Assembly (NCBI GenBank): GCA_035304285.1
Contig: DATGQI010000036.1
Span: forward strand, 4,446 to 68,445
DNA: 64,000 nucleotides
Source of the DNA: Woeseiaceae bacterium
Lineage (GTDB): Bacteria; Pseudomonadota; Gammaproteobacteria; Steroidobacterales; Woeseiaceae
Direction: 5' to 3'
In this document: piece by piece, positions 17,373 through 27,603 of the stretch
How the letters are laid out: each line of letters starts with the position of its first letter
How positions within the stretch are numbered: position 1 is the stretch's first letter
Program-made: the position numbers and the translations under genes
The notes under the pieces: model-generated
What the model was told of the DNA's origin: nothing
Database searches by the model: none
What the model saw: only the letters and a program-made list of their open reading frames with translations

Positions 17373-18647
17373 TCATGAGGAATGAGCAATGGCCGCCGGC
17401 TTTCGGGGAACTTCCTTCTCACGCGATGCAGCTAAGGCCGCGCGTACGTCCTGCCCGCTCGGGTACTGGTACACGTGCAGGCCGAACTCTCCGACGATCG
17501 ACAAGATGTGGTCGAAGATATCGCTCTGTATACCTTCGTACTCCACCCACGCCGTCGTGTTGGTGAACGTGTAGATCTCGATCGGCAGCCCCTGGCTGTC
17601 CGGGGCGAGCTGGCGCACGATCATGGTCATCTGCTGGTTGATCTTCGGATGGTTTTTGATGTAATTCAGGATGTACGCGCGGTAAGTGCCGATGTTCGTG
17701 AGGCGCCGCAGGTTCACGCCCTCCCTGTCTTCGTCACTCAGGCTCGCCGCATAATCCCGGAGCTGCTCTTCTTTCCGGTCGATGTACTCCCGGAGCAGCG
17801 CGAAGCGCCGGAAGCGCTGCACTTCCTCCTCGGTCAGGACCCGAATGGATTCGATGTCGATGCGTATGGAGCGCTTGATCCGGCGCCCGCCTGATTCGGA
17901 CATGCCGCGCCAGTTGCGGAACGAATCGGAAATCAGCGCGTGCGTGGGAATGGTCGTGATGGTCTTGTCCCAGTTCTGCACCTTGATGGTGTGCAGCGCC
18001 ACGTCTATCACGTCACCGTCGGCGTCGTACTTCGGCATCTCTATCCAGTCGCCGACGCGCACCATGTCCTGCGCCGTGAGTTGCACGCTCGCAACGAGCC
18101 CGAGGATCGTGTCCTTGAATACGAGCATCAGCACGGCGGTCATTGCGCCGAAGCCACCAAGCAGGAGCGTCGGCGACTTTTCTATGAGCGTGGCGACAAT
18201 GAGGATCCCGCCGACGATATAGATAACCAGCTGCGCCAGCTGGACGAAGCCCTTGATCGGCTTGTGGCGGGCAGCCGGCTTCAGCGAGTAGATGTTGTTG
18301 ATCGCGCTAAGTGCAGCCGCGAGGCTGCGCACGACCATCAGGATGACGGTCGCCATGGCGACGTTGCGGATCAGGCTGACCCACACATCCGGCAGGTCCG
18401 GGATCAGCCGAACGCCGCTGTAGATGATCAGGGCAGGCACGACCAGCGCGAACCGGCCGAATACCTTTTCTCCGGAGAGCGCGCCATGCCAGTCCTCGCG
18501 CGTATGCCGTGTGACGACGTTGGAGGCACGGGTCAGGACAAGCCTGGTGATGAAGTGCGCAGTGACGGCGGCAAACAGCAACAGTAGCAGTGCAGTCGCC
18601 GACATCAGTGCCGGGTGTATTTCGTTTAGTTGTTCAATCATCGGCAT
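17373..18647 (-). CDS. ybdG: MscS-family miniconductance mechanosensitive channel (YbdG/MscM-like)
   Basis: 424 aa. Long collinear similarity to E. coli YbdG as I recall it (GDWIEMPKYDADGDVIDVALHTIKVQNWDKTITTIPT...SGGRRIKRSIRIDIESIR...MIVRQLAPDSQGLPIEIYTFTN). Confidence 0.8.
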   Translation of the reverse strand: MPMIEQLNEIHPALMSATALLLLLFAAVTAHFITRLVLTRASNVVTRHTREDWHGALSGEKVFGRFALVVPALIIYSGVRLIPDLPDVWVSLIRNVAMATVILMVVRSLAAALSAINNIYSLKPAARHKPIKGFVQLAQLVIYIVGGILIVATLIEKSPTLLLGGFGAMTAVLMLVFKDTILGLVASVQLTAQDMVRVGDWIEMPKYDADGDVIDVALHTIKVQNWDKTITTIPTHALISDSFRNWRGMSESGGRRIKRSIRIDIESIRVLTEEEVQRFRRFALLREYIDRKEEQLRDYAASLSDEDREGVNLRRLTNIGTYRAYILNYIKNHPKINQQMTMIVRQLAPDSQGLPIEIYTFTNTTAWVEYEGIQSDIFDHILSIVGEFGLHVYQYPSGQDVRAALAASREKEVPRKPAAIAHSS

Positions 18648-18793
18648 TCTTGCTTCCGCCGCGACCTTAACGGCTGTCGCCGCATTTATCCAGCCACGAG
18701 TGGCGCGTTATCAATCCAAATCCCGGCATCGCGCATCTAAGTGTATTGACGGCGCGAATCACGGCACAGGCCATTCTTCGGGACGCGCCGGAC

Positions 18794-18821
18794 TTGTGTT
18801 ATGGTTCTCTAGTGTTATACT
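18794..18821 (+). promoter_or_regulatory. candidate sigma-70 promoter of the RND operon (TTGTGT-16 nt-TGtTATACT)
   Basis: -35-like ttgtgt at 18794-18799, and an extended -10 (tgt tatact) at 18813-18821. Lies 84 nt upstream of the first adaptor gene. Confidence 0.4.
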
Positions 18822-18835
18822 CAACTATAACACTA
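18810..18835. promoter_or_regulatory. candidate repressor operator, 10-bp inverted repeat TAGTGTTATA-N6-TATAACACTA
   Basis: A perfect 10+10 palindrome overlaps the putative -10. An additional half-site-like tgtgttat lies at 18796-18803. Confidence 0.5.
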
Positions 18836-18904
18836 CCACTAGCAATCCGGTTTACTCGGTCTGAACGCGGCGGGATGAGCAGGTCCTGCCGCCCTGGTGA
18901 GATA

Positions 18905-19978
18905 ATGACTAAAAAATCAATCATTTACTACCTCTGTGTTCTTTCCGCCGCCGGCGTCGCAGGTTGTGGTGCCGGCGAAGCCAGCGTCGGGGAGGTCCCG
19001 GAGACGGAAGTTCTGATGCCGGTCGAGGTTGTGCTTCCCGAGTCCATGGACATGTTCGAGACTTTCGAGACGGCGGCGACCATCGAGTCCGACGCCGAAG
19101 CAGCCGTCCTTACGCGTGCCGCCGGCGAAGTTGTCGAGATCCTGGTGGAGGAAGGTGAGCGCGTCGAGGAAGGACAGGTACTGGCACGCCTTGACGGAGA
19201 GCGGCTCCGCCTGCAGATGCAAAAGGCCAAAGCCAGCCTGGACATGACCTCGAGGGAATATGAGCGCTTCGTGAGTTTGCGGCACCGCGGCCTCGTGAGC
19301 GCGTCGGCGGTCGAAGGTCTGAAGTTCGACGTGGATGCTCTTCGCGCAACCTACGAATTGATGCGCCTGAACTACCACTACACGAAGGTCCGGGCGCCGA
19401 TCTCGGGTGTGATCTCGAGCCGGGACGTAAAGGTCGGTACCCACGTCGACGCCGGCGCGCCCGTTTTCAGCATCACCGAGACCTCAAAACTGGTGGCGTA
19501 CCTGCACATACCGCAAGTAGAACTCTCGAGGATCAACACGGGTGACGAGGTCCTTGTACAGGCGGACGCGATCCCCGGACACGAGTTCAGGGCGAAGCTC
19601 TCGCGCATCAGCCCGACGATCGACGCCCGGAACGGTACCTTCCGCGCCACCGTCTACATCGACAACAGGGAACAACTCCTGGCCCCGGGCATGTTCAGCC
19701 GCTTCGGCATAAATTTTCAAGAGCACGCGGACGCGCTGGTGGTCCCGACACGCGCACTCGTAGAGGAGGACGGCGTTCACGTGGTGTACGTGGTGAACGA
19801 CGGTTCGGCCAAACGTCGTGTGGTGCAGGTCGGAATTGCTTCGCGAGGCGTGACGGAAATCCTGGCAGGTCTCGACTCGAGCGACAGAGTGGTGGTTACG
19901 GGCCAGGCAAGCCTCCGCGACGGCAGCAAGGTCTTAGCGAGCCTTGCCGGTGACGCAAGCGACCGCGGCACGGGCTAG
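18905..19978 (+). CDS. efflux RND periplasmic adaptor (MFP) subunit 1, lipoprotein
   Basis: Start at the internal Met (MTKKSIIYYLCVLSAAGVAGC lipobox). HlyD/MFP pattern (coiled-coil hairpin, ...YTKVRAPISGVIS..., beta-barrel and MP domains). Confidence 0.85.
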   Translation: MTKKSIIYYLCVLSAAGVAGCGAGEASVGEVPETEVLMPVEVVLPESMDMFETFETAATIESDAEAAVLTRAAGEVVEILVEEGERVEEGQVLARLDGERLRLQMQKAKASLDMTSREYERFVSLRHRGLVSASAVEGLKFDVDALRATYELMRLNYHYTKVRAPISGVISSRDVKVGTHVDAGAPVFSITETSKLVAYLHIPQVELSRINTGDEVLVQADAIPGHEFRAKLSRISPTIDARNGTFRATVYIDNREQLLAPGMFSRFGINFQEHADALVVPTRALVEEDGVHVVYVVNDGSAKRRVVQVGIASRGVTEILAGLDSSDRVVVTGQASLRDGSKVLASLAGDASDRGTG

Positions 19979-20025
19979 CTAAGCGTCGTGAATAATGAGG
20001 AATTGCGGGGAGCGCTGTTTCAGAG

Positions 20026-21132
20026 ATGGAGATGACTATGGTTCCGTGGCGTCGGCGGGCAGCGTTGCTGATGCTGTCGGTGATGATCGTTGCGTGCGGA
20101 CAAGGCGCGGGCGAAGAAGACATCGACACGAAGGAAGAAGCCCCCGCGATTCCCGTCGAAATAACCACACCATCGCGAGGGGACATCTACGCCGTTTACT
20201 CCGGGACCGCACCAATAGAGGCATTCGCTGACGCGCAGGTGATTGCGAAAGTAGGTGGTGAGGTTCGCGAGATTTATGTGGAGGAAGGCGACGACGTGGT
20301 TGCGGGACAGGTCCTGTTGCGCCTCGACGGAGACCGCCTGCGTTTCGAAGCGCAACAGGCTGAAGCGAATCTTCTCAAGCTGCAGCGCGATTTCCAGCGC
20401 AACCTGGACTTGAAAGACCGCAGTCTCATAAGCGCCGGCGACTTCGAGAAAATTCAGTACGAGATGGAGGCGCTACAGGCAACTGCGAGCCTTGCGAAAC
20501 TGGAACTCAGCTATACGGAAATCCGCGCGCCTATCGCGGGCATCGTTTCCCATCGCTATGTAAAGGTCGGGAACACGATCGAGGTCAATGCGCCCACTTT
20601 CCAGATCACAAGCCTGGAACCCCTCGTTTCCTACCTGCATGTGCCGGAGCGCGAGTACCGTCGCATCGAGCGTGGGCAAACCGCGACAATCGCGGTAGAC
20701 GCTTTGCAGGGGATTCGCTTCGAAGGCACGATTGCGCGAGTCAGCCCTGTCGTCGACCCGCTGACCGGCACCTTCAAGATCACGATTGAAGTATCCGATT
20801 CGAGCCGAAGCCTGAAACCCGGGATGTTCGGTCGAATCAGCATCGTATACGACAAGCACGAAAACGCCCTGCAGATCCCGCGTAACGCCATCCTCCAGGA
20901 GGCGGGGGAGCCCGCGGTGTTCGTCGTGAATGGCGATACGGCTCACCGCCGCCCGGTCAGCACCGGGTACGTCCAGGGCACCCGGATAGAGATACTCGAC
21001 GGCCTGGCCGACGGCGACCGCCTGGTTCTCGTAGGGCAGACGGGCCTGAAGGACGGATCGAAGGTGTCGGTGATAAATGCCGACGAAGCGGATATCAGCG
21101 CTGCCAGCACCAACCTGCCGGCGTCCGAATAG
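20026..21132 (+). CDS. efflux RND periplasmic adaptor (MFP) subunit 2, lipoprotein
   Basis: 368 aa. Lipobox LSVMIVAC. Paralogous MFP pattern (...YTEIRAPIAGIVSHRYVKVGN...). Confidence 0.85.
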   Translation: MEMTMVPWRRRAALLMLSVMIVACGQGAGEEDIDTKEEAPAIPVEITTPSRGDIYAVYSGTAPIEAFADAQVIAKVGGEVREIYVEEGDDVVAGQVLLRLDGDRLRFEAQQAEANLLKLQRDFQRNLDLKDRSLISAGDFEKIQYEMEALQATASLAKLELSYTEIRAPIAGIVSHRYVKVGNTIEVNAPTFQITSLEPLVSYLHVPEREYRRIERGQTATIAVDALQGIRFEGTIARVSPVVDPLTGTFKITIEVSDSSRSLKPGMFGRISIVYDKHENALQIPRNAILQEAGEPAVFVVNGDTAHRRPVSTGYVQGTRIEILDGLADGDRLVLVGQTGLKDGSKVSVINADEADISAASTNLPASE

Positions 21133-21152
21133 ACCAGGGGCGAACCGCAAAC

Positions 21153-24100
21153 ATGCGTCGACTGATAGAAATTGCCACGGAACGTCGCGTCACGATCGTG
21201 ATGTTTACCATCGCAATAGCACTGTTCGGAATGGTGTCCCTGTCGCGGCTTAACCTGACGCTGTTGCCGGATATCTCCTACCCCACGATCACCATTCGCA
21301 CGGAACTCACCGGTGCGGCACCGATCGAGGTGGAGAGCCTGTTGACCAAGCCGATCGAGGAAGCGGTCGGCGTCATCAGGAACGTGCGCCTGGTTCGTTC
21401 CGTGTCGCGTGCCGGCCAGTCGGACGTCACGCTGGAATTCGCCTGGGGTACGGATATGGATATCGCGGGCGTCGACGTTCGCGAGAAGGTCGACATCATT
21501 GAGCTGCCGCTGGAAGCGGACCGCCCGCTCCTCTTGAGGTTCGATCCCTCGTCCGAGCCGATCGTCCGGCTGGGACTGCTACAAAAAGGCGCTGGCGCCG
21601 GGACCGGCAGCACCAGCGAGGGCCAGCTCAAGGAACTGCGCAGGCTGGCGGAGGACAGGATCAAGAACGACCTGGAAGCGGAGGAAGGTACGGCCGCGGT
21701 CAAGGTCAGTGGCGGCCTCGAAGATGAAATCCAGATCCAGGTTGACCAGCAGAAGCTGTCGCAGCTCGGCATAAGTATCGAACTCATCGCCGAGCGGATT
21801 CGCGCCGAAAACGTCAACCTGTCGGGAGGGCGGCTGGAAGAAGGCGCGCAACGATTCCTGGTGCGCACGCTCAACGAGTTCCAGACGGTCGAAGAGTTCT
21901 CGAACGCAATCGTCGCGAACGTGGCGGATCGTCCTGTCTACCTGAGAGACATAGCAACAGTCAGCCGCGGCTACAAGGAGCGCGAGGCGATCACCCGCGT
22001 GAACGGCGAGGAATCGGTTGAACTCGCTGTCTACAAGGAGGGAGATGCGAATACCGTACAGGTTGCAAGGCGGATCGACCGGCGGCTGGAGCAGGTCCGG
22101 GAAACGCTCCCGGACGATCTGGAGCTGGTAAAGATTTACGACCAGTCGAAATTCATCTCGGCGGCAATCGGCCAGGTAACCTCTGCCGCGATCTCGGGCG
22201 GCGTTCTCGCCATCCTGGTCCTGTACGGCTTCCTCCGTGATGCCAAGGCAACTTCCATCATCGCGCTCGCTATCCCGGTGTCGGTGATTGGTACCTTTCT
22301 CCTGATGTACACGAACGATGTGTCGCTCAACATCATGTCGCTCGGCGGTATAGCGCTGGCCGTCGGCATGCTCGTCGACAACTCGATCGTCGTTCTGGAG
22401 AACATCGTCCGGAAGAAGGAAGAGGGTCAGGGCGATCTCGAAGCAGCAAGAAACGGGACAAGTGAGGTGTCTGGCGCCGTGATGGCTTCTACCCTGACCA
22501 CGATCGCCGTGTTCTTCCCGATGGTGTTTATCAGCGGTATCGCAGGTCAGCTGTTCCGCGACCAGGCGCTGACCGTCACTTTTGCCCTGATACTCTCACT
22601 GGTGGTGGCGTTGACCCTGATACCGATGCTCGCGGCCCTCGGCGGCCGTAGCCGATATGTCGAGGCCGGCGAGGAAACCGCTCCCAATCGCTTCACCCGT
22701 GGTGTTGCATTCATCGTGCGGCTGTTCGCGTACCTGTTCGCTGCCGTGCGCCAGGTATTCTGGGCGCTGCTCTGGATACCTTCCTGGTCCTTCCAGAAGC
22801 TCAACAACGCGGCAGCGAATCGTTATGCACCTCTCCTGGAATGGTCGCTCGGGCATCGCGCGGCTGTGGTTGCAGGCGCGCTCGCGATCTTCGTCGGGTC
22901 GATGCTGCTCATCCCGAGGCTCGGGACAGAGTTGATCCCGCAGCTGTCTCAGGGAGAATTCAATGTCGACCTGCGGCTGGCACCTGGCGCACCCCTCTCC
23001 GAAACGGACCGGGCAATCCAGGCTGCAGAACAGGCAACCGGCGACATCGACACCATCGCCCTCAACTATTCTGTGGCAGGCACAGGCAACAGGCTCGATG
23101 CCAGCCCGGTAGACGCCGGTGAAAACACGGGCACCCTCAGCGTCACGCTCGAGGCCGGCGCGGGCCGCGAGGCCGAGCAGGCGGCGATGCGCGCAATGCG
23201 AGACGCGCTCTCGCACCTGCCCGGCGTCCAGTACGAGTTCAGCCGTCCTTCGCTGATGAGCTTTTCCAACCCCTTGCAGATCGAGATCTCGGGCTACGAC
23301 CTCCTCACACTCGAAGCCGTCAACCGGGACATCGTCGATGCAATGGGGCAGTCGGATCGGTTTACGGACATCCGGACGACGATTGAGATGGGTAACCCGG
23401 AAATCCAGATCGTGTTCGACCAGGAGCGCGCAGCCGCACTGGGCCTGTCGGTCCGGGACATCGCAGACCGGGTCGTGGCCAACGTGCGCGGCGAACTTGC
23501 CACTCGCTATACGTGGCGCGACAAGAAAATTGACGTGCTTGTGCGAAGTGTCGACCGCGAGAACGCAAGTATCGGGGATGTCCGGAGCCTGATCGTCAAT
23601 CCGGCATCTGAGCGACCGGTTACGCTCGAAGCCGTAGCTGCAGTCGGCGTCGCGCGAGGGCCATCCGAAATTCGTCGCGTTGCCCAGGAACGGGTTGCGA
23701 TCATTACTGCCAACCTCGCTTTCGGCGACCTTGGCGCCGCCGCGGCGGAAGCCCGGGACATCATCAATCGCACTCCTATGCCTGCCGGAGTGGCTGCGAT
23801 GGTCTCCGGCCAGAACGAAGAAATGCAGGAGTCGTTCCGCTCGATGCAGTTCGCGTTGATACTGGCGGTGTTCCTCGTATACCTCGTGATGGCGTCGCAG
23901 TTCGAGTCACTGATCCACCCGTTCGTTATCCTGTTCACCATCCCGCTGGCCCTCGTCGGCGCGGTGCTGGGGCTTTACGTAACAGGGACGACCGTAAACG
24001 TGGTCGCATTCATCGGCGTGATCATGCTCGCCGGAATCGTCGTGAACAACGCAATCGTACTGGTAGACCTGATCAACCAGCTGCGTGCCGAGGGAATGGA

Positions 24101-24377
24101 AAAGACTGCGGCGATCATGACCGCAGGCCGCGCCCGCCTTCGCCCGATCCTGATGACTACTCTGACGACGGTTCTCGGCCTGCTGCCGATGGCGATCGGC
24201 TTCGGCGAGGGCGCGGAAGTCCGGACACCGATGGCCATTACCGTCATCGGCGGCCTGCTGACGTCGACGATACTGACGCTGGTGGTGATCCCGGTGGTGT
24301 ACTCGCTCCTCGATCGCAAAAAGTACGCCAGGCTAGAGATGGCGGCAGGCAACCTTCCTGCGCCGGCCCGCACCTGA
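21153..24377 (+). CDS. RND efflux permease (AcrB/HAE-type) 1
   Basis: 1074 aa with 12-TM RND architecture and conserved segments (LGGIALAVGMLVDNSIVVLENI; AGRARLRPILMTTLTTVLGLLPMA). Confidence 0.9.
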   Translation: MRRLIEIATERRVTIVMFTIAIALFGMVSLSRLNLTLLPDISYPTITIRTELTGAAPIEVESLLTKPIEEAVGVIRNVRLVRSVSRAGQSDVTLEFAWGTDMDIAGVDVREKVDIIELPLEADRPLLLRFDPSSEPIVRLGLLQKGAGAGTGSTSEGQLKELRRLAEDRIKNDLEAEEGTAAVKVSGGLEDEIQIQVDQQKLSQLGISIELIAERIRAENVNLSGGRLEEGAQRFLVRTLNEFQTVEEFSNAIVANVADRPVYLRDIATVSRGYKEREAITRVNGEESVELAVYKEGDANTVQVARRIDRRLEQVRETLPDDLELVKIYDQSKFISAAIGQVTSAAISGGVLAILVLYGFLRDAKATSIIALAIPVSVIGTFLLMYTNDVSLNIMSLGGIALAVGMLVDNSIVVLENIVRKKEEGQGDLEAARNGTSEVSGAVMASTLTTIAVFFPMVFISGIAGQLFRDQALTVTFALILSLVVALTLIPMLAALGGRSRYVEAGEETAPNRFTRGVAFIVRLFAYLFAAVRQVFWALLWIPSWSFQKLNNAAANRYAPLLEWSLGHRAAVVAGALAIFVGSMLLIPRLGTELIPQLSQGEFNVDLRLAPGAPLSETDRAIQAAEQATGDIDTIALNYSVAGTGNRLDASPVDAGENTGTLSVTLEAGAGREAEQAAMRAMRDALSHLPGVQYEFSRPSLMSFSNPLQIEISGYDLLTLEAVNRDIVDAMGQSDRFTDIRTTIEMGNPEIQIVFDQERAAALGLSVRDIADRVVANVRGELATRYTWRDKKIDVLVRSVDRENASIGDVRSLIVNPASERPVTLEAVAAVGVARGPSEIRRVAQERVAIITANLAFGDLGAAAAEARDIINRTPMPAGVAAMVSGQNEEMQESFRSMQFALILAVFLVYLVMASQFESLIHPFVILFTIPLALVGAVLGLYVTGTTVNVVAFIGVIMLAGIVVNNAIVLVDLINQLRAEGMEKTAAIMTAGRARLRPILMTTLTTVLGLLPMAIGFGEGAEVRTPMAITVIGGLLTSTILTLVVIPVVYSLLDRKKYARLEMAAGNLPAPART

Positions 24378-24381
24378 CGCG

Positions 24382-27300
24382 ATGAAACACACCGAAATTG
24401 CGGTGAGGCGACCCGTCACGACGTTCGTGATATTCGTCGCGCTTGCCCTTGTTGGCCTGATCTCCTCACGCCTTCTTCCGCTCGAAAAGTTTCCCGATAT
24501 CGAGTTCCCGGGAATATTCATCCAGGTTCCGTATGAGGGCTCAACACCGGAAGAAGTCGAACGGCTGATCACCCGTCCCATCGAGGAAGCGCTTGCCACC
24601 TTGAGCGGCGTCGAGAGAATGGTCTCCACCTCGAGCGAAAGCCAGGCGGAAGTGTTCCTCGAATTCGGGTGGGACCAGAGCATGGGCGCGAAAGGCATAG
24701 AAGCGCGCGCCAAGGTAGACGGGATCCGCCATGAACTTCCGGAGGATGTCCGGCGGGTTTTCATCTTTACCGGCTCGCTCGGCGACCAACCGGTCTTGCA
24801 ACTGCGCATCTCCAGCCAGCGCGATCTCTCCGACAGTTACGGGTTACTGGACCGGCTGCTGAAACGCCGCATCGAGCGCGTGGAGGGAGTGTCGCGAGTC
24901 GACCTCCAGGGAGTCGACCCGAAGGAGATTCGGATACTGATAGACGCCGACAGGATGTCGGCCCATGGCGTGGATATCGATCAGCTCAAACAGCTTCTCG
25001 AGCAAAGCAACTTCGCCGTCAGCGCGGGTCGTATCACCGACAGCGGGCAGCGTTTCAGTGTGCGTCCACGGGGAGAATTTGCGTCCCTCGAGGAGATCCG
25101 CAACCTGGTCATCGACAGCAGTAACCTGCGCCTCAAGGACGTTGCCGCCGTCGAGATGCGCAGTCCGGACCGTGACTACGGACGTCACCTGAACCGCAGC
25201 TATGCGATCGGCCTCGCCGTCAGCAAGGCGACCGGGGCTAACATGGTCGAAGTGTCCGACCGCGTCATGAAGGAGATTGAGGAGATAAGCCAGCTGCCCC
25301 AGATGCGCGGCATAGAGATATTCGACCTCGACAACCAGGCTGACAGCGTACGGAAGTCTTTGGGCGATCTCCTGCAAGCCGGTCTGATCGGAGCGCTTCT
25401 CGCAGTGGTGGTGCTGTACCTGTTCCTGCGTCACATCACGACGACACTTATCGTCATCGCCGCTGTGCCTTTCGCCCTCACTATTACCCTCGGCGTCATG
25501 TACTTCGCGGACCTGAGCCTCAACATCCTCAGCATGATGGGACTGATGCTTGCTGTCGGCATGCTCGTGGATAACGCCGTCGTCGTCACGGAAAGCATCT
25601 TCCGCCGGCGCGCCATTAATCCGGAGCAACCATTCCAGGCCACCCTCGCCGGCGTCAACGAGGTTGGGCTTGCTGTCATCGCAGGAACGGCAACGACCAT
25701 CATCGTCTTCGTACCGCTAATGTTCGGCACGAAGACCGACATCTCCATTTTCATGACGCATGTCTCCGTTACCATCATGGTGGCACTGGTTGCGTCGCTC
25801 TGCATCGCGCAGACGCTCGTGCCCATGCTTGCCGCCCGGGTTCCCGCGCCACCACCGGCGAAAGAGGGAGCCTGGATGACGAGGCTGACCAGCCGCTACG
25901 CCCGGAGTCTCGGCTGGATACTCGGTCATCCATGGTGGACCGGCGTCGGAGTGGTGCTGATCTGCGCAGTCGGCGTCATGCCGTTGATGCTGAATCTCGT
26001 CAAGTTCGACGCTTTCCCGCAGGATGCGGGCCGACGGCTGTACATGCCCTACCATCTTGAGGGGCAGTATCCGCTGGAAACGGTCAAGAACGCGGTGGAC
26101 AGGGTGGAAGCATACCTTTTCGAGAACCAGGAAGAGTTCAATATCCGCGCTGTGTACAGCTACTACGACAAGGGCGAAGCGCAGTCGACGTTGCTGCTTA
26201 CTGACGAAGAGGACGCGACTCTCTCGACCTCGGAAGTCATCGAGCGAATCAAGGAGAACCTGCCGGTCATCGCGATCGGTAAACCGAATTTCCAGTTCGA
26301 CCAGCAGGGCGGAGGTGAAGGCTTCAGCCTGCAGGTCTCCGGCGACTCCACGTCGCGTCTCAACGAACTGGGAGCAGAAGTAGTGCGCCTGCTCTCGGGC
26401 GTCGAAGGACTGGAAGACATCCGCTCCGACGCGGAGTCGGGTGAGCGCGAGGTGCGGGTCTCGATCGACAGGATCCGTGCGGCACAGGCCGGCCTCACGA
26501 CAAGGCAGATCGCCGACGCAATAGCAGTCGCCATGCGCGGCCAGAACCTTCGCGAGTTCCGTGGCGAGAGTGGAGAAGTGGAAGTGCGGCTGGCGTTTCG
26601 GGAAAGCGACAAGCAAAGTATCGACCAGCTCGGAGGGCTCCCGCTGTACACGGGCGACGGACGCCGGATCAGGCTCGGGAGCGTCGCCGATTTCGAGATG
26701 GGCTTCTCACCGGACTCGATCCGGCGCACCGACCGCCAGACCGGGGTCGTGCTGAGCGCGAACCTTGCAGGCGACGCCACTCTCGATACCGTGCGGCCGA
26801 AAGTCGAGGCGCTGATGGGGCAGTTCGAGTTGCCGCCCGGCTACAGCTGGAAATTCGGCCGCGGCTTCGAGCGACAGGATGAAACACAGCAGATGATGTT
26901 GCAGAACATCGTGCTCGGTATCGCCTGCATCTTCCTCGTTATGGCAGCGCTGTTCGAATCGCTGCTGTTTCCGTTTTCCATCATCCTGGGATCAATCGTG
27001 TTCTCGATCTTCGGCGTGTTTCTCCTGTTCGCCGCGACGGGTACCACCTTCACGTTCATGGCTTCGATCGGCATCATGATCCTGATCGGGGTCGTGGTGA
27101 ACAATGGCATCGTTCTGATCGACCATGTGAACAACCTGCGCCTGCAAGGCCTCCCCCGGAACGCGGCAGTTATCGAGGCCGGACGCGACCGGCTGCGCCC
27201 GATCCTGATGACCGTTGCCACTACCATCGTGGGTCTCGCACCCCTGGCAGTCAGCACCACGCAGATCGGCGGCGATGGCCCCGCTTACTTCCCCATGGCG

Positions 27301-27462
27301 CGCGCCATCATCGGCGGGCTGGCATTTTCCACGATCGTGTCCCTGCTGGTGGTGCCAGCGTTCTACTGTTACTTCGACACCCTGTCCGCATGGGGTCGCA
27401 AGGTGATGCGAACTGCACGCGGCCACGTAGGCCGCGCCGACACCGCCGGCGCTGGCGGCTAA
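24382..27462 (+). CDS. RND efflux permease (AcrB/HAE-type) 2
   Basis: 1026 aa. Starts 4 nt after the previous stop. Same RND signatures (MGLMLAVGMLVDNAVVVTESI; AGRDRLRPILMTVATTIVGLAPLA). Confidence 0.9.
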   Translation: MKHTEIAVRRPVTTFVIFVALALVGLISSRLLPLEKFPDIEFPGIFIQVPYEGSTPEEVERLITRPIEEALATLSGVERMVSTSSESQAEVFLEFGWDQSMGAKGIEARAKVDGIRHELPEDVRRVFIFTGSLGDQPVLQLRISSQRDLSDSYGLLDRLLKRRIERVEGVSRVDLQGVDPKEIRILIDADRMSAHGVDIDQLKQLLEQSNFAVSAGRITDSGQRFSVRPRGEFASLEEIRNLVIDSSNLRLKDVAAVEMRSPDRDYGRHLNRSYAIGLAVSKATGANMVEVSDRVMKEIEEISQLPQMRGIEIFDLDNQADSVRKSLGDLLQAGLIGALLAVVVLYLFLRHITTTLIVIAAVPFALTITLGVMYFADLSLNILSMMGLMLAVGMLVDNAVVVTESIFRRRAINPEQPFQATLAGVNEVGLAVIAGTATTIIVFVPLMFGTKTDISIFMTHVSVTIMVALVASLCIAQTLVPMLAARVPAPPPAKEGAWMTRLTSRYARSLGWILGHPWWTGVGVVLICAVGVMPLMLNLVKFDAFPQDAGRRLYMPYHLEGQYPLETVKNAVDRVEAYLFENQEEFNIRAVYSYYDKGEAQSTLLLTDEEDATLSTSEVIERIKENLPVIAIGKPNFQFDQQGGGEGFSLQVSGDSTSRLNELGAEVVRLLSGVEGLEDIRSDAESGEREVRVSIDRIRAAQAGLTTRQIADAIAVAMRGQNLREFRGESGEVEVRLAFRESDKQSIDQLGGLPLYTGDGRRIRLGSVADFEMGFSPDSIRRTDRQTGVVLSANLAGDATLDTVRPKVEALMGQFELPPGYSWKFGRGFERQDETQQMMLQNIVLGIACIFLVMAALFESLLFPFSIILGSIVFSIFGVFLLFAATGTTFTFMASIGIMILIGVVVNNGIVLIDHVNNLRLQGLPRNAAVIEAGRDRLRPILMTVATTIVGLAPLAVSTTQIGGDGPAYFPMARAIIGGLAFSTIVSLLVVPAFYCYFDTLSAWGRKVMRTARGHVGRADTAGAGG

Positions 27463-27578
27463 CGGCCTGCAGGAGCCGACGTAAAGCGAAAGCACCGGGG
27501 ATACGAAATGCGCGCCTGGTCCCCTCGGGGCGGCGGCGAATCCGGGCGAGCTCGCTGTTCTTTCATCCACCTTCACAC

Positions 27579-27603
27579 TCGCCCGCATGGCGGGCTCTAC
27601 GAG
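27579..27603. repeat. REP-like palindrome, family B (TCGCCCGCatgGCGGGCTCTACGAG)
   Basis: Stem GCCCGC/GCGGGC followed by a ctac(g)ag tail. Near-identical elements occur at 34101-34125 and 59953-59976. Sits at the stop codon of the 27597-28403 gene. Confidence 0.5.

Noticed and set aside
25781-25793. TGGCAC followed by TTGC inside the second RND gene
   Set aside because: The spacing is 3 nt rather than 5, and the site is within a coding region.
26952-26960. gttcgaatc, a T-loop-like string suggestive of a tRNA
   Set aside because: It lies inside the RND permease frame, and no acceptor or anticodon stems can be drawn around it. I found no tRNA in any intergenic region.
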